This document shows positions 51,103-61,916 of a stretch of 64,000 bases of DNA, in pieces (the stretch's first letter is position 1; each line of letters starts with the position of its first letter). The notes beneath the pieces were generated by a model. That model was not told the DNA's origin, ran no database searches, and was given only the letters and a program-made list of their open reading frames with translations. This DNA is from Pseudomonadota bacterium (GTDB taxonomy: Bacteria > Pseudomonadota > Alphaproteobacteria > Rickettsiales > SXRF01), in NCBI GenBank assembly GCA_963205195.1, contig CAUJHR010000020.1:29589-93588 (forward strand), in the 5' to 3' direction. The translations under genes were made by a program, and so were the position numbers.

Positions 51103-52159
51103 ATTGCGTTAATTTCCGTGCTATTTCCAAATAAACACCTTGGGATTTCCCATTATATTGCATGCCTGTATCACTTGCTTCGCGTAAGCTTACATCAATT
51201 GGTACACTTCCAAGCAATGGTATAGAAAACTCATCTGCCAGTCTTTTCCCACCGCCTTCGCCAAAAATACTTACCTTCCTGCCATCTGCATCTACGTAAT
51301 AACTCATATTTTCAATCACGCCAGAAAGCCTTACCCCTGTCTTTATAAACATCTGAGCGCATTTTTTAGCATCCATAGTCGCTACTTCCTGCGGAGTAGT
51401 TATTATAAGCGCACTAGTAAGCGGCACTTGCTGCACCATACTCAAATGAATATCCCCGGTTCCTGGCGGCATATCGACAATCAATATATCAAGCGGATTT
51501 TCTGGGGTTCCCCAGCGCGTCATACGCAACAGCTGGTGCAGGGTCTTGCTTATCATGGGCCCACGCAATATAGCCGCCTCATCCCCTGTTATATAACCCA
51601 TTGAGTTGGTTTTTACTCCGTAGCGCTCATGCGGAAGCATTTTGCCATCAAGAATTTCCGGCTGCCCAGAAAGTGAGAGCATACGTGGGATGGACGGACC
51701 GTAAATATCGGCATCAAGCAATCCTGTGTTTTTTCCAAGAGCTGCAAAAGCAAGCGCAAGGTTTACGGCAGTTGTAGATTTTCCAACCCCGCCTTTGCCG
51801 GATGCTACGGCGATAATATTTTTTACATTCTCAACCGGGGTTAAATTCCACTGCGCTCTCTCACGCGGCTGAGTATAGCCAGACTTCGGGGCGGGAGCTA
51901 TGGGTTCAGCGTTCTGTGCCGTCAGAACAGCCGTAACCGAGTCTACGCCAGAAATTGCAAGCACTGCTTTCTCGCACGCTTCGCGCAGGTAGGATTTTTT
52001 ATCCTTGTCGTTTGGGTCTATTGTAATTAAAAAACCAACCTTGCCACCCTTTACAGCAAGGCCAGAAATCATGCCCAAACTCACTATATCCTTACCGCTT
52101 TCTCGATCAATTACTCTTGATAATGCGTCCATTACTGACTGGGAAGAAACTTGTGCCAT
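51101..52159 (-). CDS. apbC: Fe-S cluster carrier ATPase ApbC/Mrp
   Basis: 352 aa with an N-terminal DUF59/MIP18-like domain, then 'IAVASGKGGVGKSTTAVNLALA' and 'LIVDMPPGTGD'. Confidence 0.9.
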   Translation of the reverse strand: MAQVSSQSVMDALSRVIDRESGKDIVSLGMISGLAVKGGKVGFLITIDPNDKDKKSYLREACEKAVLAISGVDSVTAVLTAQNAEPIAPAPKSGYTQPRERAQWNLTPVENVKNIIAVASGKGGVGKSTTAVNLALAFAALGKNTGLLDADIYGPSIPRMLSLSGQPEILDGKMLPHERYGVKTNSMGYITGDEAAILRGPMISKTLHQLLRMTRWGTPENPLDILIVDMPPGTGDIHLSMVQQVPLTSALIITTPQEVATMDAKKCAQMFIKTGVRLSGVIENMSYYVDADGRKVSIFGEGGGKRLADEFSIPLLGSVPIDVSLREASDTGMQYNGKSQGVYLEIARKLTQ

Positions 52160-52260
52160 AAACTTAATATAATTTTTAAAACGATATAAACTTGAAATTT
52201 CGTGGATAATACCTCTATATAGCTTAGATATAGTAAATTACCAGACCAAGAGGAAAAAAC

Positions 52261-53397
52261 ATGGCATGGGGCGATAAAGACAATAATCAGGGACCATGGG
52301 GGCGCCCACCGGCAAGCGGTAGTGGCGGAGGCAGGAATACTGGAGGGCCAGGCGGACAGCCGCCTAAGCCGGACATTGATGAAATGCTACGCCGTGGACA
52401 GGAAAAGCTAAAGGAAATATTCCCAAATGATGGAAGCGGGAATGGCAAAGCAATTTCTCTTATAGTGGCTATAATTGGGTTACTGTGGCTATCTTCTGGT
52501 ATTTATTTTGTAAAAGCTGATGAACAGGGCGTGGTATTACGCTTTGGCCAATATACTCGTACAACTGCTTCTGGGCTTAATTACCATCTGCCATACCCGA
52601 TTGAAAGCGTACGTACACCACGTGTCACCGCCATTAACCGCATGGAAATAGGTTTCCATTCAGGCGGCACTACTGCAAGGAACAACAAAAATAGTGACGG
52701 CTCAATACCAGAAGAAGGACTGATGCTTACGGGTGATGAAAATATTGTAGATATTAATTTTGAAGTGCAATGGAAAATAAGCGATGCGCCAAATTTCCTT
52801 TTTAATGTGCGTAACCCTGAAGATACTGTAAAGGCCGTATCCGAAAGCGCGATGCGCGAAATTATCGGCAAAAGCCTTATAGCAACCGTTCTGGCTGAAG
52901 GGAAATCACAAGTTGAACTTGGAGCAAAAAAACTTATTCAGGAAACATTGGATTCCTATAAATCCGGAATAGAAATCGTGACCGTCAATCTATTGAAGGC
53001 TGATCCGCCAGCGCAGGTTATAGATGCCTTCCGTGATGTGCAGACCGCGCGCGCTGATCTAGAAACTTCACGCAACCAGGCCGAAGCATACCGCAACGAT
53101 ATAATCCCAAAGGCGCGTGGTTCGGCACAACAGATGATATTGGAAGCGGAAGGCTACAAACAGGAGGTTATAGCCCGCGCTGAGGGTGAGGCTTCGCGTT
53201 TCCTTGCAATATATAATGAATTCAGGCAGGCACGTGATGTTACTAAAAAACGTATGTATCTAGAAACAATGGAAGATATTTTACAGGGTATGAATAAAAT
53301 AATTATTGAAGGAAAAGGTTCACAAGGTGTGGTTCCATACTTGCCTCTTCCAGAACTTAAGCCTGCTAAACGCGATGACGCTAAGGAGGCAAAATAA
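52261..53397 (+). CDS. hflK: FtsH protease modulator HflK
   Basis: 378 aa with a Gly-rich N-terminus, one TM helix and an SPFH/band-7 domain. It is directly followed by hflC. Confidence 0.9.
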   Translation: MAWGDKDNNQGPWGRPPASGSGGGRNTGGPGGQPPKPDIDEMLRRGQEKLKEIFPNDGSGNGKAISLIVAIIGLLWLSSGIYFVKADEQGVVLRFGQYTRTTASGLNYHLPYPIESVRTPRVTAINRMEIGFHSGGTTARNNKNSDGSIPEEGLMLTGDENIVDINFEVQWKISDAPNFLFNVRNPEDTVKAVSESAMREIIGKSLIATVLAEGKSQVELGAKKLIQETLDSYKSGIEIVTVNLLKADPPAQVIDAFRDVQTARADLETSRNQAEAYRNDIIPKARGSAQQMILEAEGYKQEVIARAEGEASRFLAIYNEFRQARDVTKKRMYLETMEDILQGMNKIIIEGKGSQGVVPYLPLPELKPAKRDDAKEAK

Positions 53398-54311
53398 TGA
53401 AATTATTAAGTATAGGCTCTATAGCAATCCTGGCAATATTTATTGTCCTTTCCAGCTCTATGTTCGTAGTTAGCCAAACTGAACAGGCCCTTATCTTACA
53501 ATTTGGCAAACCGGAGCGGGTTATTAAAGAACCTGGTCTCAAATTCAAACTTCCATTTATCCAGAATGTTGAATATTTCGATAATCGCCTTTTAGATTAT
53601 GATGCACAATCAAACGAAGTGATTGCAGCTGACCAGAAGAGGCTGATAGTTGATTCATTCGTACGCTACCGCATTACTGACCCTCTGCGTTTCAAACAGA
53701 CTGTAGGAAATGAAATGACAATGCGTAGTCGCCTTAATTCTATTTTAGAATCCAGCCTGCGGCAAGTTCTTGGTGGTGTTCCCCTTTCTGCCGTACTTTC
53801 AGAAAAACGTGCTGAAATTATGGAGAATATTAAAAACCTCGTTAACCTGCAAGCAATGGGGCAGAAAATTGAAGGTGGCGCTGATAATATTACCAAAGGC
53901 GGGTTTGGCATTGAGGTTATTGATGTGCGTATAAAACGCGCTGACCTGCCACCTGCAAACAGCGAAGGTATATATAAGCGCATGCAGACCGAGCGTGAAC
54001 GCGAAGCCAAGGAATTCCGTGCTAAAGGTTCAGAAGATGCTCAGAAAATACGCTCGCAAGCCGATAAAGAACGCACCATAATACTTGCTGAGGCTAATAA
54101 GAAAGCAGAAATAACCCGCGGTGAGGGCGATGGTCAGGCAACAAAAATATTTGCTGATTCTTTTGGTAAGGATCAGGATTTTTTCCAGTTCTATCGCTCA
54201 ATGCAGGCATACAGGAACACTTTGGATAAAAAAGATACGACAATTATGATGTCACCAGATAATGAGTTTCTGAAATTCATGGAAAAAGGTGAAGGTTCAA
54301 CACGTCCTTAA
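53397..54311 (+). CDS. hflC: FtsH protease modulator HflC
   Basis: 304 aa with an N-terminal TM helix and an SPFH domain ('QTEQALILQFGKPERVIKEPGLKFKLPFIQNV'). Confidence 0.9.
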   Translation: MKLLSIGSIAILAIFIVLSSSMFVVSQTEQALILQFGKPERVIKEPGLKFKLPFIQNVEYFDNRLLDYDAQSNEVIAADQKRLIVDSFVRYRITDPLRFKQTVGNEMTMRSRLNSILESSLRQVLGGVPLSAVLSEKRAEIMENIKNLVNLQAMGQKIEGGADNITKGGFGIEVIDVRIKRADLPPANSEGIYKRMQTEREREAKEFRAKGSEDAQKIRSQADKERTIILAEANKKAEITRGEGDGQATKIFADSFGKDQDFFQFYRSMQAYRNTLDKKDTTIMMSPDNEFLKFMEKGEGSTRP

Positions 54312-54314
54312 ATT

Positions 54315-54887
54315 TTATTTATGGACAGTTAATTCTTTTATATAGCTATGCGGCGGCACTACAGAGTTTTGTATAATAACCGCGCCGCTAGCAATATAAG
54401 AATAGTCGCCTACTTTTGCGCCGCCTAGCACAACGGATTTTGGTGCTACATGTACCCCTTTCCCTATCTGGGCACCATGCTCCACTACTGCCCCGCTATT
54501 TATAACTGCACAATCTCCAATTACCGCACCGCTATTTATAACGGAGCCAGGAAGCACCTGAACGCCTTTTCCTAAAACCGCCTTTTTACTAACGAAAGAT
54601 GCAGGATGTATAAGAGCTGTAAAATAAGCGCCGAGTTTTTCATATTCCTGCATCATCATAACACGATTTTGCAAGGATTGGCAATCCAGCCCCACAAAGC
54701 CTATAAAAAGCTCTGGCCTGTTTGGAAGTATGGAAGTTAAATCATCTTGGCTTATCTGCTTTATATTAAGCTCAGCAAGCCATTCCTGCTGCTTCAAGTC
54801 AACACAGGCGTAGAGCATCCTGCCTTGCTCGGCTATACAATCATACAAAACTTTAGCATGCCCACCGGCACCAATAATTATAAGCAT
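54315..54887 (-). CDS. NeuD/PglB/VioB-family sugar O-/N-acetyltransferase (left-handed beta-helix)
   Basis: 190 aa with the N-terminal 'MLIIIGAGGHAKVLYDCI' followed by hexapeptide repeats (VINSGAVIGDCAVINSGAVVEHGAQIGKGVHVAP…). Confidence 0.75.
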   Translation of the reverse strand: MLIIIGAGGHAKVLYDCIAEQGRMLYACVDLKQQEWLAELNIKQISQDDLTSILPNRPELFIGFVGLDCQSLQNRVMMMQEYEKLGAYFTALIHPASFVSKKAVLGKGVQVLPGSVINSGAVIGDCAVINSGAVVEHGAQIGKGVHVAPKSVVLGGAKVGDYSYIASGAVIIQNSVVPPHSYIKELTVHK

Positions 54888-54926
54888 AATTTTTCTTTCT
54901 TTACTCCAGTACTATATTAATAGGCC

Positions 54927-56783
54927 TTAAATAGTAATATTTCCGTGAAAATGCTCATAGATTATTTTAGCTGTGGGTTTGCTTATACCTGCCACCTGGC
55001 TTATATCATCTATACTGGCTGCAGCTACCGCACGCGCTGAGCCGAAATGATTGAGCAATGCTTTTTTACGCCCTGCCCCTACCCCTATTATCTGATCAAG
55101 CTCTGAGACCTGCATATTCTTGCTGCGCTTATTACGGTGCGCGCCTATTGCAAAACGGTGAGCTTCATCACGCAGCCGCTGAAGATAATGCAGCACCATA
55201 TCATTTTCAGGCAGTTGGAATGGCTCACGATTTGGCATAAAAAATTGCTCGCGCCCGGCATTCCTATCCACACCTTTGGCGATTCCAACATAAGTAATAT
55301 CGCTAATACCTAGCTCCTCAAAAACCTGCGTGGCAATATTTAACTGGCCTGCACCACCATCTATCAAAACCAGGTCCGGCTTGTTATAATTTTCTTCTTC
55401 CAGCCTTTTAAAACGGCGCGTGAGTACTTCACGCATCATACCGTAATCATCACCGCCAACTGTATTAGGATTTTTAATATCGAATTTCCGGTACTGGTTT
55501 TTCATAAAACCATCCTGACTTGCAACAATCATTGCGCCAACCGAGTGAGTGCCGCTTATATGGCTATTATCATAAACCTCAATACGTTTTGGTATTTCTT
55601 CCAGCCCGAACAACTCCTGCACACCAGCAAGCGCAGTTCTTTGTGTAATATTAACTGAAAGATGACGGACAAGGGCATCACGTGCATTAAGGTATGACTG
55701 CTGCATCAATTCATATTTCTCACCACGTTGCGGGCATGAGATCGATACGGCAGCATTATTATTTAAACGCAGGGCCTCTTCTAAAAGAGCATTATCTTCC
55801 AGAATTTCGTTTACCAATATTAATTTGGGAACTGGCTGGGTTTGATAAAACTGTGCTATGAAATCAGAAATGATCTCGCTGTTAGCATGATCCTTGATAT
55901 TGGCAGGGAAATAATTCCTGCTGCCGAAATTACTGCCGCCGCGAAAACAGAAAAGCTGTATACAGCAATTGTCTCCTTCACGCGCCAAAGCTATTAAATC
56001 AGCATCCTCAATAGAATGATTATTTAGTTTGCTCTGCTGCTGAACCTGTGTAATTGAGCGTATCCTGTCGCGTATCCTGCCTGCCTCTTCATAATCCTGC
56101 GCGTCACTTGCAGCCTGCATTTTAGCAAGCAGTTCCTCGCGAATCTGCTGGCTTTTACCTAAAAGGAAATCCTGCGCCTGCCGGATCAATTCAGCATAAT
56201 CTTCCTTACTAATATAATTTACGCAAGGTGCACTGCAACGCTTTATCTGGTATTGTAAACAGGGGCGCGTACGGTTTTTAAAAATATTATCGCTGCATGG
56301 GCGAAGAAGGAATGCCTTTTGCAAAAGTGCCATTGTTTCATTTACGCTTTGCCCAGAAATGAAAGGGCCAAAGTATTTTCCCTTCTGCGACTTCGCGCCG
56401 CGATGCTTGGAAAGCCTTGGAAAATCATGATCCCCGCTAAGCAATATATAAGGAAATGATTTATCATCTTTTAGCAACACATTATAATGAGGCGAATATT
56501 TTTTTATCAGGTTTGCTTCAATGATCAATGCTTCTGCTTCTGATCGCGTTGTGATTATTTCCATTTTCGCAGTGCGCGAAATCATTTTCTGTAAGCGCGT
56601 ATTCAGCGCTCCAGTATTTACATAATTCATCACGCGGTTTTTTAAATTTTTTGCCTTACCGACATAAAGTGTATTTCCTTCAGCATCGAACATGCGGTAC
56701 ACACCTGCAGCTGACGACAATTCATCCGCGTAACTTTTTATAATTTTTCGCCCATTGGCGAGTGACATTTGTTGTATTTCCAT
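54927..56783 (-). CDS. uvrC: Excinuclease ABC subunit UvrC
   Basis: 618 aa with the GIY-YIG motif 'GVYRMFDAEGNTLYVGKAKNLKNRV', a UVR domain, an endonuclease domain and a C-terminal (HhH)2. Confidence 0.95.
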   Translation of the reverse strand: MEIQQMSLANGRKIIKSYADELSSAAGVYRMFDAEGNTLYVGKAKNLKNRVMNYVNTGALNTRLQKMISRTAKMEIITTRSEAEALIIEANLIKKYSPHYNVLLKDDKSFPYILLSGDHDFPRLSKHRGAKSQKGKYFGPFISGQSVNETMALLQKAFLLRPCSDNIFKNRTRPCLQYQIKRCSAPCVNYISKEDYAELIRQAQDFLLGKSQQIREELLAKMQAASDAQDYEEAGRIRDRIRSITQVQQQSKLNNHSIEDADLIALAREGDNCCIQLFCFRGGSNFGSRNYFPANIKDHANSEIISDFIAQFYQTQPVPKLILVNEILEDNALLEEALRLNNNAAVSISCPQRGEKYELMQQSYLNARDALVRHLSVNITQRTALAGVQELFGLEEIPKRIEVYDNSHISGTHSVGAMIVASQDGFMKNQYRKFDIKNPNTVGGDDYGMMREVLTRRFKRLEEENYNKPDLVLIDGGAGQLNIATQVFEELGISDITYVGIAKGVDRNAGREQFFMPNREPFQLPENDMVLHYLQRLRDEAHRFAIGAHRNKRSKNMQVSELDQIIGVGAGRKKALLNHFGSARAVAAASIDDISQVAGISKPTAKIIYEHFHGNITI

Positions 56784-56841
56784 ATCTTGTATCTAATCTC
56801 AATCCACGCGTTTTCAACGTATTATAGTATTCCACGATTCC

Positions 56842-56850
56842 TGTGGATAA
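56842..56850 (-). promoter_or_regulatory. Perfect consensus DnaA box (TTATCCACA on the minus strand)
   Basis: TGTGGATAA is read at 56842-56850, about 60 nt upstream of the uvrC start. Two weaker TCCAC-core sites lie at 56803-56807 and 56831-56835. Function is not established. Confidence 0.3.
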
Positions 56851-57136
56851 CTCTGTGAGCAAGCATTATAATTGGTCAACGGATAAAGGCGGATCCTAGC
56901 ATTTTCTCTTGTTGCCTAAAAAATAGGCAGTTTTATAACATTCTGTAATATATAAGTATTATTTAATTCGTTAGCGTAATATTTTATATATTTATACTTT
57001 CTTTACCTATTGCCGGAATTAACTTTTTTGCTGTGTACAAAAACTATGGCAAAACCTGTCTATTTATAACAAATGGGAATTTTTTGCCTAGCAATTTTTG
57101 CCTATTATTTTTTGGTTAAATGCAGATACAATTAAA

Positions 57137-57835
57137 TTATTTCCTGCCTTTAAAACCAATCGCTACCACATACATTTCAGAAGAATCGGAACGGCTTGCT
57201 TTTGGCTTAGCATGTTTTACAGATGTAAAATCTTTATTCATCTGCTTTAGCAATTCTTTTTCTGCACCACCTTGAAAGACCTTTGCAACAAACACGCCAC
57301 CACTTTTTAAAACTTCACATGCGAAAGGATATGCTGCTTCGATAAGAGCCATGATACGCAGATGGTCGGTTGCCTGATGACCAGTTGTATTGGGCGCCAT
57401 ATCGGAAAGCACTACATCAACTCCATCTTCAATCAAAGCACGGATCTTATCCGGCGCGGCATCATCCATGAAATCCAATTGCATGATGTGCGCCGCTGGA
57501 ACCGATGGCATAGGCAAAATATCAACGCCTATAACAATAGGTTTTTTCTCAGTGGATTTTACCCGTGCTGCCGCAACCTGCGTCCAGCCTCCTGGCGCTG
57601 CACCCAGATCAAGAACTGTTTTTCCTGGTTTTAAAAAATGGAATTTATCATCAAGCTCGATAAGCTTATAGGCGGCACGGGATCTATAACCTTCTTTTTT
57701 TGCCAAAGCCACATAAGGATCATTTAGTTGCCGCTGCAGCCAGCGAGTTGATGACGGCTTACGACCACGCGCTGTTTTTACACGGGTTTTTAGTTCGCGG
57801 TTACCGGAAAATCCACCTGCCGATGATTTGCTCAC
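57137..57835 (-). CDS. rlmE: 23S rRNA (uridine2552-2'-O)-methyltransferase RlmE (FtsJ)
   Basis: It has '[11 protein letters not shown]', '[16 protein letters not shown]' and the SAM motif '[14 protein letters not shown]'. The start is taken as the GTG at 57835, which overlaps the ppx stop (GTGA). The longer ORF to 57916 would overlap ppx by 85 nt. Confidence 0.88.
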   Translation of the reverse strand: MSKSSAGGFSGNRELKTRVKTARGRKPSSTRWLQRQLNDPYVALAKKEGYRSRAAYKLIELDDKFHFLKPGKTVLDLGAAPGGWTQVAAARVKSTEKKPIVIGVDILPMPSVPAAHIMQLDFMDDAAPDKIRALIEDGVDVVLSDMAPNTTGHQATDHLRIMALIEAAYPFACEVLKSGGVFVAKVFQGGAEKELLKQMNKDFTSVKHAKPKASRSDSSEMYVVAIGFKGRK

Positions 57836-58872
57836 GCAAATTGCTCCTCCAGTAGCGAAAGAATTATTCCTTCGCGCACGCCACGGTCTGCAATAGTGAT
57901 GTTTTTCGTTGGCCATAGAGTGCTTATAGCTTCAAATATTGCACAACCAGAGAGAATGAAATCAGCGCGGTCAGCCCCGATGCAAGGATGGTTGAAACGC
58001 TCATATTGTTTCATTTCCAGAAGCCTTTTTGTGGTGGCACGCACATCTTTAACCGATAATGTTATGCCATCTATCTTTGAGCGGTCATAACGTGGCAGGT
58101 CCAGATGTATCGCCGCAAGAGTAGTTACTGTTCCTGAAGTTGAAAGAAGCTGTACATTAGTTGAATCAATAACATTTGATATGTTGTTGGAAGCATCAAA
58201 CGGCGTAAGTTTTTCAATTAGTGTACGTACCATATCGGAAAATGCCATATCAGCAAGATTGGAGCCACCGAATTTATCAGACAGATTCATTACCCCAAAA
58301 CCCACTGACAGCCAATCGGTTATGGTTTTTCCGTTTTCCACATCAACCCACATAAGTTCAGTGCTACCGCCACCGATGTCGAACACAACAGCACGTTTTG
58401 AATCCCCTGTAAGCAGGGACGAACATCCGGCGAATGCGAGCTTTGCTTCATCCTCTGTTGAGATAATATCTATCTCCATTCCTATTTCACTGCGTACATT
58501 ATCCAAAAATTCCTGCCCGTTTTTAGCGCGCCTGCATGCCTCGGTTGCAACAAAACGGGCACTGGTCAAATTATAACGGCTTATCTTTTTCTGGCAGGCT
58601 TTAAGCGCAGACATTGTCCGCTCCATTGCATCTTGCGATAAGTACCCGGTTGTGCTAACCCCCTCACCCAACCTAACGACGCGGGAGAAACTATCAAAAA
58701 CGCGAAGCCCCCCAAGCCTTGGAAAGGGTGATTCCTCTAATCCTGACTGCGGCGAAGCTATTAAAAGCCGGCAGTTGTTGGTACCCAGGTCCAAGGCAGC
58801 GAAAACAGGCTCTGACTCGCCCTGCACCCTGCGTCCGGAGATGCCCGGCGCATCAGTTGACACTTGCAGCAT
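57832..58872 (-). CDS. ppx: Ppx/GppA-family phosphatase (exopolyphosphatase)
   Basis: 346 aa with '[15 protein letters not shown]', '[12 protein letters not shown]' and '[11 protein letters not shown]' (ASKHA-fold motifs). Confidence 0.85.
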   Translation of the reverse strand: MLQVSTDAPGISGRRVQGESEPVFAALDLGTNNCRLLIASPQSGLEESPFPRLGGLRVFDSFSRVVRLGEGVSTTGYLSQDAMERTMSALKACQKKISRYNLTSARFVATEACRRAKNGQEFLDNVRSEIGMEIDIISTEDEAKLAFAGCSSLLTGDSKRAVVFDIGGGSTELMWVDVENGKTITDWLSVGFGVMNLSDKFGGSNLADMAFSDMVRTLIEKLTPFDASNNISNVIDSTNVQLLSTSGTVTTLAAIHLDLPRYDRSKIDGITLSVKDVRATTKRLLEMKQYERFNHPCIGADRADFILSGCAIFEAISTLWPTKNITIADRGVREGIILSLLEEQFA

Positions 58873-59052
58873 TGCTGTAGCTTTCTATTTGTGGCTCCAG
58901 TGGGAGCATGTATTATTGATAAGATCATGGATATACTGTAAAACATAACCTTTAAGTATACAAGCTTATCCTTTTAGCAGGCATTAGCATATATAAGCCT
59001 GAAACACATAAATCCGGTTGAATATTCCCAGAAATACAACTAGTTAATTAAT

Positions 59053-59790
59053 ATGGAAAATAATACACATTTCGGTTTCAGAACGGTTGGCGAAGAAGAA
59101 AAAGAATCATTGGTTCGCGGAGTCTTTGATAGCGTTGCCAATCGCTACGATATTATGAATGACCTGATGAGCGTAGGGTTACACCGCGCTTGGAAAAACG
59201 ACATGGTGTCATGGCTAAATCCGAACGAGCAAATGAAAATTCTCGATGTTGCAGGGGGCACCGGGGATATCGCTTTCCGTATCAATGAAAAAGCGGGAAG
59301 CCATGTAACAGTTTGTGATATTAATTACCAGATGTTGAGCGAAGGAAAAGATAGGGCAACAGACAGAAATATCCGCGAAGGAATTGATTGGGTTTGCGGT
59401 AATGCTGAAAGCCTGCCTTTGCCTGATAATTCCTTTGACGCTTACACCATAGCATTTGGAATCCGCAATGTAACCCATATTGATAAAGCTCTGGCGGAAG
59501 CTTACCGCGTACTTAAGATAGGCGGGAGATTTCTATGCCTTGAATTCAGCCATATGCCTAATAATATATTGCAGAAAATCTACGACACTTATTCTTTCGC
59601 GGCTATCCCACGCATAGGTAAAATCGTAACCGGCGACAGCGAATCATACCAATATCTTGTTGAGAGTATACGCCGATTCCCGAAGCAGGAAGAATTTGCC
59701 GAAATGATACGTAAATCCGGGCTTACCAATGTGCAGTACCGTAATTTATCGCAAGGAGTAGTTGCAATTCATTCCGGGCGGAAAATATGA
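59053..59790 (+). CDS. ubiE: Ubiquinone/menaquinone biosynthesis C-methyltransferase UbiE
   Basis: 245 aa with '[21 protein letters not shown]', '[12 protein letters not shown]' and 'FGIRNV'. Confidence 0.92.
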   Translation: MENNTHFGFRTVGEEEKESLVRGVFDSVANRYDIMNDLMSVGLHRAWKNDMVSWLNPNEQMKILDVAGGTGDIAFRINEKAGSHVTVCDINYQMLSEGKDRATDRNIREGIDWVCGNAESLPLPDNSFDAYTIAFGIRNVTHIDKALAEAYRVLKIGGRFLCLEFSHMPNNILQKIYDTYSFAAIPRIGKIVTGDSESYQYLVESIRRFPKQEEFAEMIRKSGLTNVQYRNLSQGVVAIHSGRKI

Positions 59791-61343
59791 TTATCAGAAG
59801 CCTGCGTAATACGCGCCGTTTATTTACTATCGCAAGGATACTGGCGCAGGAAGATGCGCTGTTCATTATCGACGATCTGGAAATTTCACCTTCACTTTCT
59901 GCAATATGCAGGATCTTTACCACAAAAAAGCCTAACAAACGCAAAGGCCAAAGGCTTGCCGCCGCAATTGAGCGGTTGGGTCCTACATTCATAAAACTCG
60001 GACAGGCGCTTTCAACACGCTCCGATTTAATCGGCAATGCGCTGGCTGATGACCTTGCAGGTTTGCGCGATAACCTTCCGCCCTTTCCTACCAAAATCGC
60101 CCGCCAGATCATAGAAGACGAATTCCAAGCGCCAATTGAGTCATTGTTTTTAGAATTTAATGATGCCCCGGTAGCTGCCGCCTCTATCGCGCAGGTGCAT
60201 AGGGCAGTAACGAAAGAAGGAAAAACAGTAGCGGTAAAAATACTGCGCCCGCAGATAGAACAAGCCTTCGCAAGAGACCTGGATCTTTTTTTCTGGATAG
60301 CCCATATCATTGAACGCCGGATTCATAGCTGGCGCAGGCTTAAACCTGTGCAGGTGGTGCAGACCTTTAAAGAAGCTGTTTTCTTTGAATTGGATTTACG
60401 CTTCGAAGCAGCAGCAGCAAGCGAAATGGCAGATAATATAAAACGGCACGAAGCTGGGCTAAGCGTGCCAGATGTGGATTGGAATTTAACTTCAAAGCGC
60501 ATACTTACAATGTCGTGGGTAAATGGAATTCCATTCAGTAATATAAAAGCTATAAAAAATAGTGGCTTTGAACCTGATATTATTCTTGGCAAGGCAGCAC
60601 GAAGCTTGTTTTCACAGGTTTTTAAAGATGGTTTTTTCCATGCAGACCTGCATCCGGGAAATTTGTTTCTGGATACGAGCGGTGATCTGGTAGCAGTTGA
60701 TTTCGGTATTATGGGGCGCCTGGACTGGAAATCACGCATTTACATAGCAGAAATATTGCGCGGATTCATGCAGGGCGATTATAAATCTGTAGCAGATGTG
60801 CATTTTGATGCTGGTTATGTTCCACGCAGTAAATCCCGGGAAGCTTTTACACAGGCATGTATGGCTGTTGCACGTCCGATAACCGGCAAACCTCTCAATG
60901 AAATTTCAATTGCGGCGTTACTTGGGCAGATGTTTTCAATTGCGGCTGAATTTGAAATGGAAGTGCAGCCACAACTTCTACTTATGCAAAAAACCATGAT
61001 GGTTGCCGAAGGTGTTGGCAGGATGTTAAACCCTAATTTAAATATGTGGGAGCTGGCTACCCCTCTTATTGAGGACTGGGCAGGGGAAAATTTTGGCATA
61101 AAAGCTAAGCTAAAAGGAACTGCAGAAAGCACCCAGGCAATAATACAGAAATTCCCCTATATACTGACTAATATAGAAAATACTCTTAAGAATTTGGGTG
61201 ATGAAAATGGTGTAAAACTACATCCCGACACCATAAAGCTACTAAATAAAGAAAGGGCTGGGCATGAGCATTATTGGCTAGTATTTGCCTGGTGTACTCT
61301 GGCTCTGGCTTTCATAAGTTTCCTTGCCTTAATAATGCGCTGA
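59787..61343 (+). CDS. ubiB: Ubiquinone biosynthesis regulatory protein kinase UbiB (ABC1/ADCK family)
   Basis: 518 aa with '[17 protein letters not shown]', '[11 protein letters not shown]', 'VAVKILRP' and '[12 protein letters not shown]', plus C-terminal TM helices. It overlaps the ubiE stop by 4 nt. Confidence 0.92.
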   Translation: MIIRSLRNTRRLFTIARILAQEDALFIIDDLEISPSLSAICRIFTTKKPNKRKGQRLAAAIERLGPTFIKLGQALSTRSDLIGNALADDLAGLRDNLPPFPTKIARQIIEDEFQAPIESLFLEFNDAPVAAASIAQVHRAVTKEGKTVAVKILRPQIEQAFARDLDLFFWIAHIIERRIHSWRRLKPVQVVQTFKEAVFFELDLRFEAAAASEMADNIKRHEAGLSVPDVDWNLTSKRILTMSWVNGIPFSNIKAIKNSGFEPDIILGKAARSLFSQVFKDGFFHADLHPGNLFLDTSGDLVAVDFGIMGRLDWKSRIYIAEILRGFMQGDYKSVADVHFDAGYVPRSKSREAFTQACMAVARPITGKPLNEISIAALLGQMFSIAAEFEMEVQPQLLLMQKTMMVAEGVGRMLNPNLNMWELATPLIEDWAGENFGIKAKLKGTAESTQAIIQKFPYILTNIENTLKNLGDENGVKLHPDTIKLLNKERAGHEHYWLVFAWCTLALAFISFLALIMR

Positions 61344-61358
61344 ATATAAAATAAGGTT

Positions 61359-61856
61359 ATGAAAACATCTTTTCTCTATATGTTTATATTAGCATTGTGC
61401 GTTAGTTCTGCGCCAAGCAGCACATGGGCTGGTGATGATGACGAATATGTCGAGGATTCTGAACCTAAGCTTAATGAAAAGCAGCGGGAATATTATTTAA
61501 ATACGTTCAACAATACTATGGATAACACAGCAGATGACCAATCCAACCATTGGCAAATCGGCAATGCCAGCGGCAATATCCGTGTCAGCAAAAAATATGT
61601 AAGCAAATCGAAATCCCTATGCCGCAATTATAGCGAAAATATGCAGATAGATGACAAGATAACCCAGGATAAGGGCTCTGCATGTAAACGAAAAGGTAAA
61701 AAAGGCTGGTGCAAGCTTAAGACTGATGATGCACATACATGTGCATTTGAAGGACCCGATGGTTTCCTTGAGGAAATGATGGACAGCACAGAAAAAATGT
61801 CAGAACAAACTGGCAACATGATGCGCGGCGCTAAAAACTGGTGGAATAACCGCTAA
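61359..61856 (+). CDS. Secreted protein, possibly surface-antigen-like (COG4520-type) domain
   Basis: 165 aa with a signal peptide. 'HWQIGNASGNIRV…SLCRNYSENMQIDDKITQDKGSACKRKGKKGWCKL' resembles the 'W.n..tG..G.i….CR.f…..G.ACR…G.W' pattern. The family call is tentative. Confidence 0.4.
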   Translation: MKTSFLYMFILALCVSSAPSSTWAGDDDEYVEDSEPKLNEKQREYYLNTFNNTMDNTADDQSNHWQIGNASGNIRVSKKYVSKSKSLCRNYSENMQIDDKITQDKGSACKRKGKKGWCKLKTDDAHTCAFEGPDGFLEEMMDSTEKMSEQTGNMMRGAKNWWNNR

Positions 61857-61916
61857 TACAAAATCCATAGCAGGATTTATAAATATTATAAAATAATCCG
61901 CTTATAACTTATGTAT

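Noticed and set aside
56911-56937. TGCCTA-AAAAA-TAGGCA followed by GTTTTAT as an intrinsic terminator
   Set aside because: The stem is only 6 bp and A/U-rich, and no + strand gene ends upstream of it. It is kept only as part of the spacer description.
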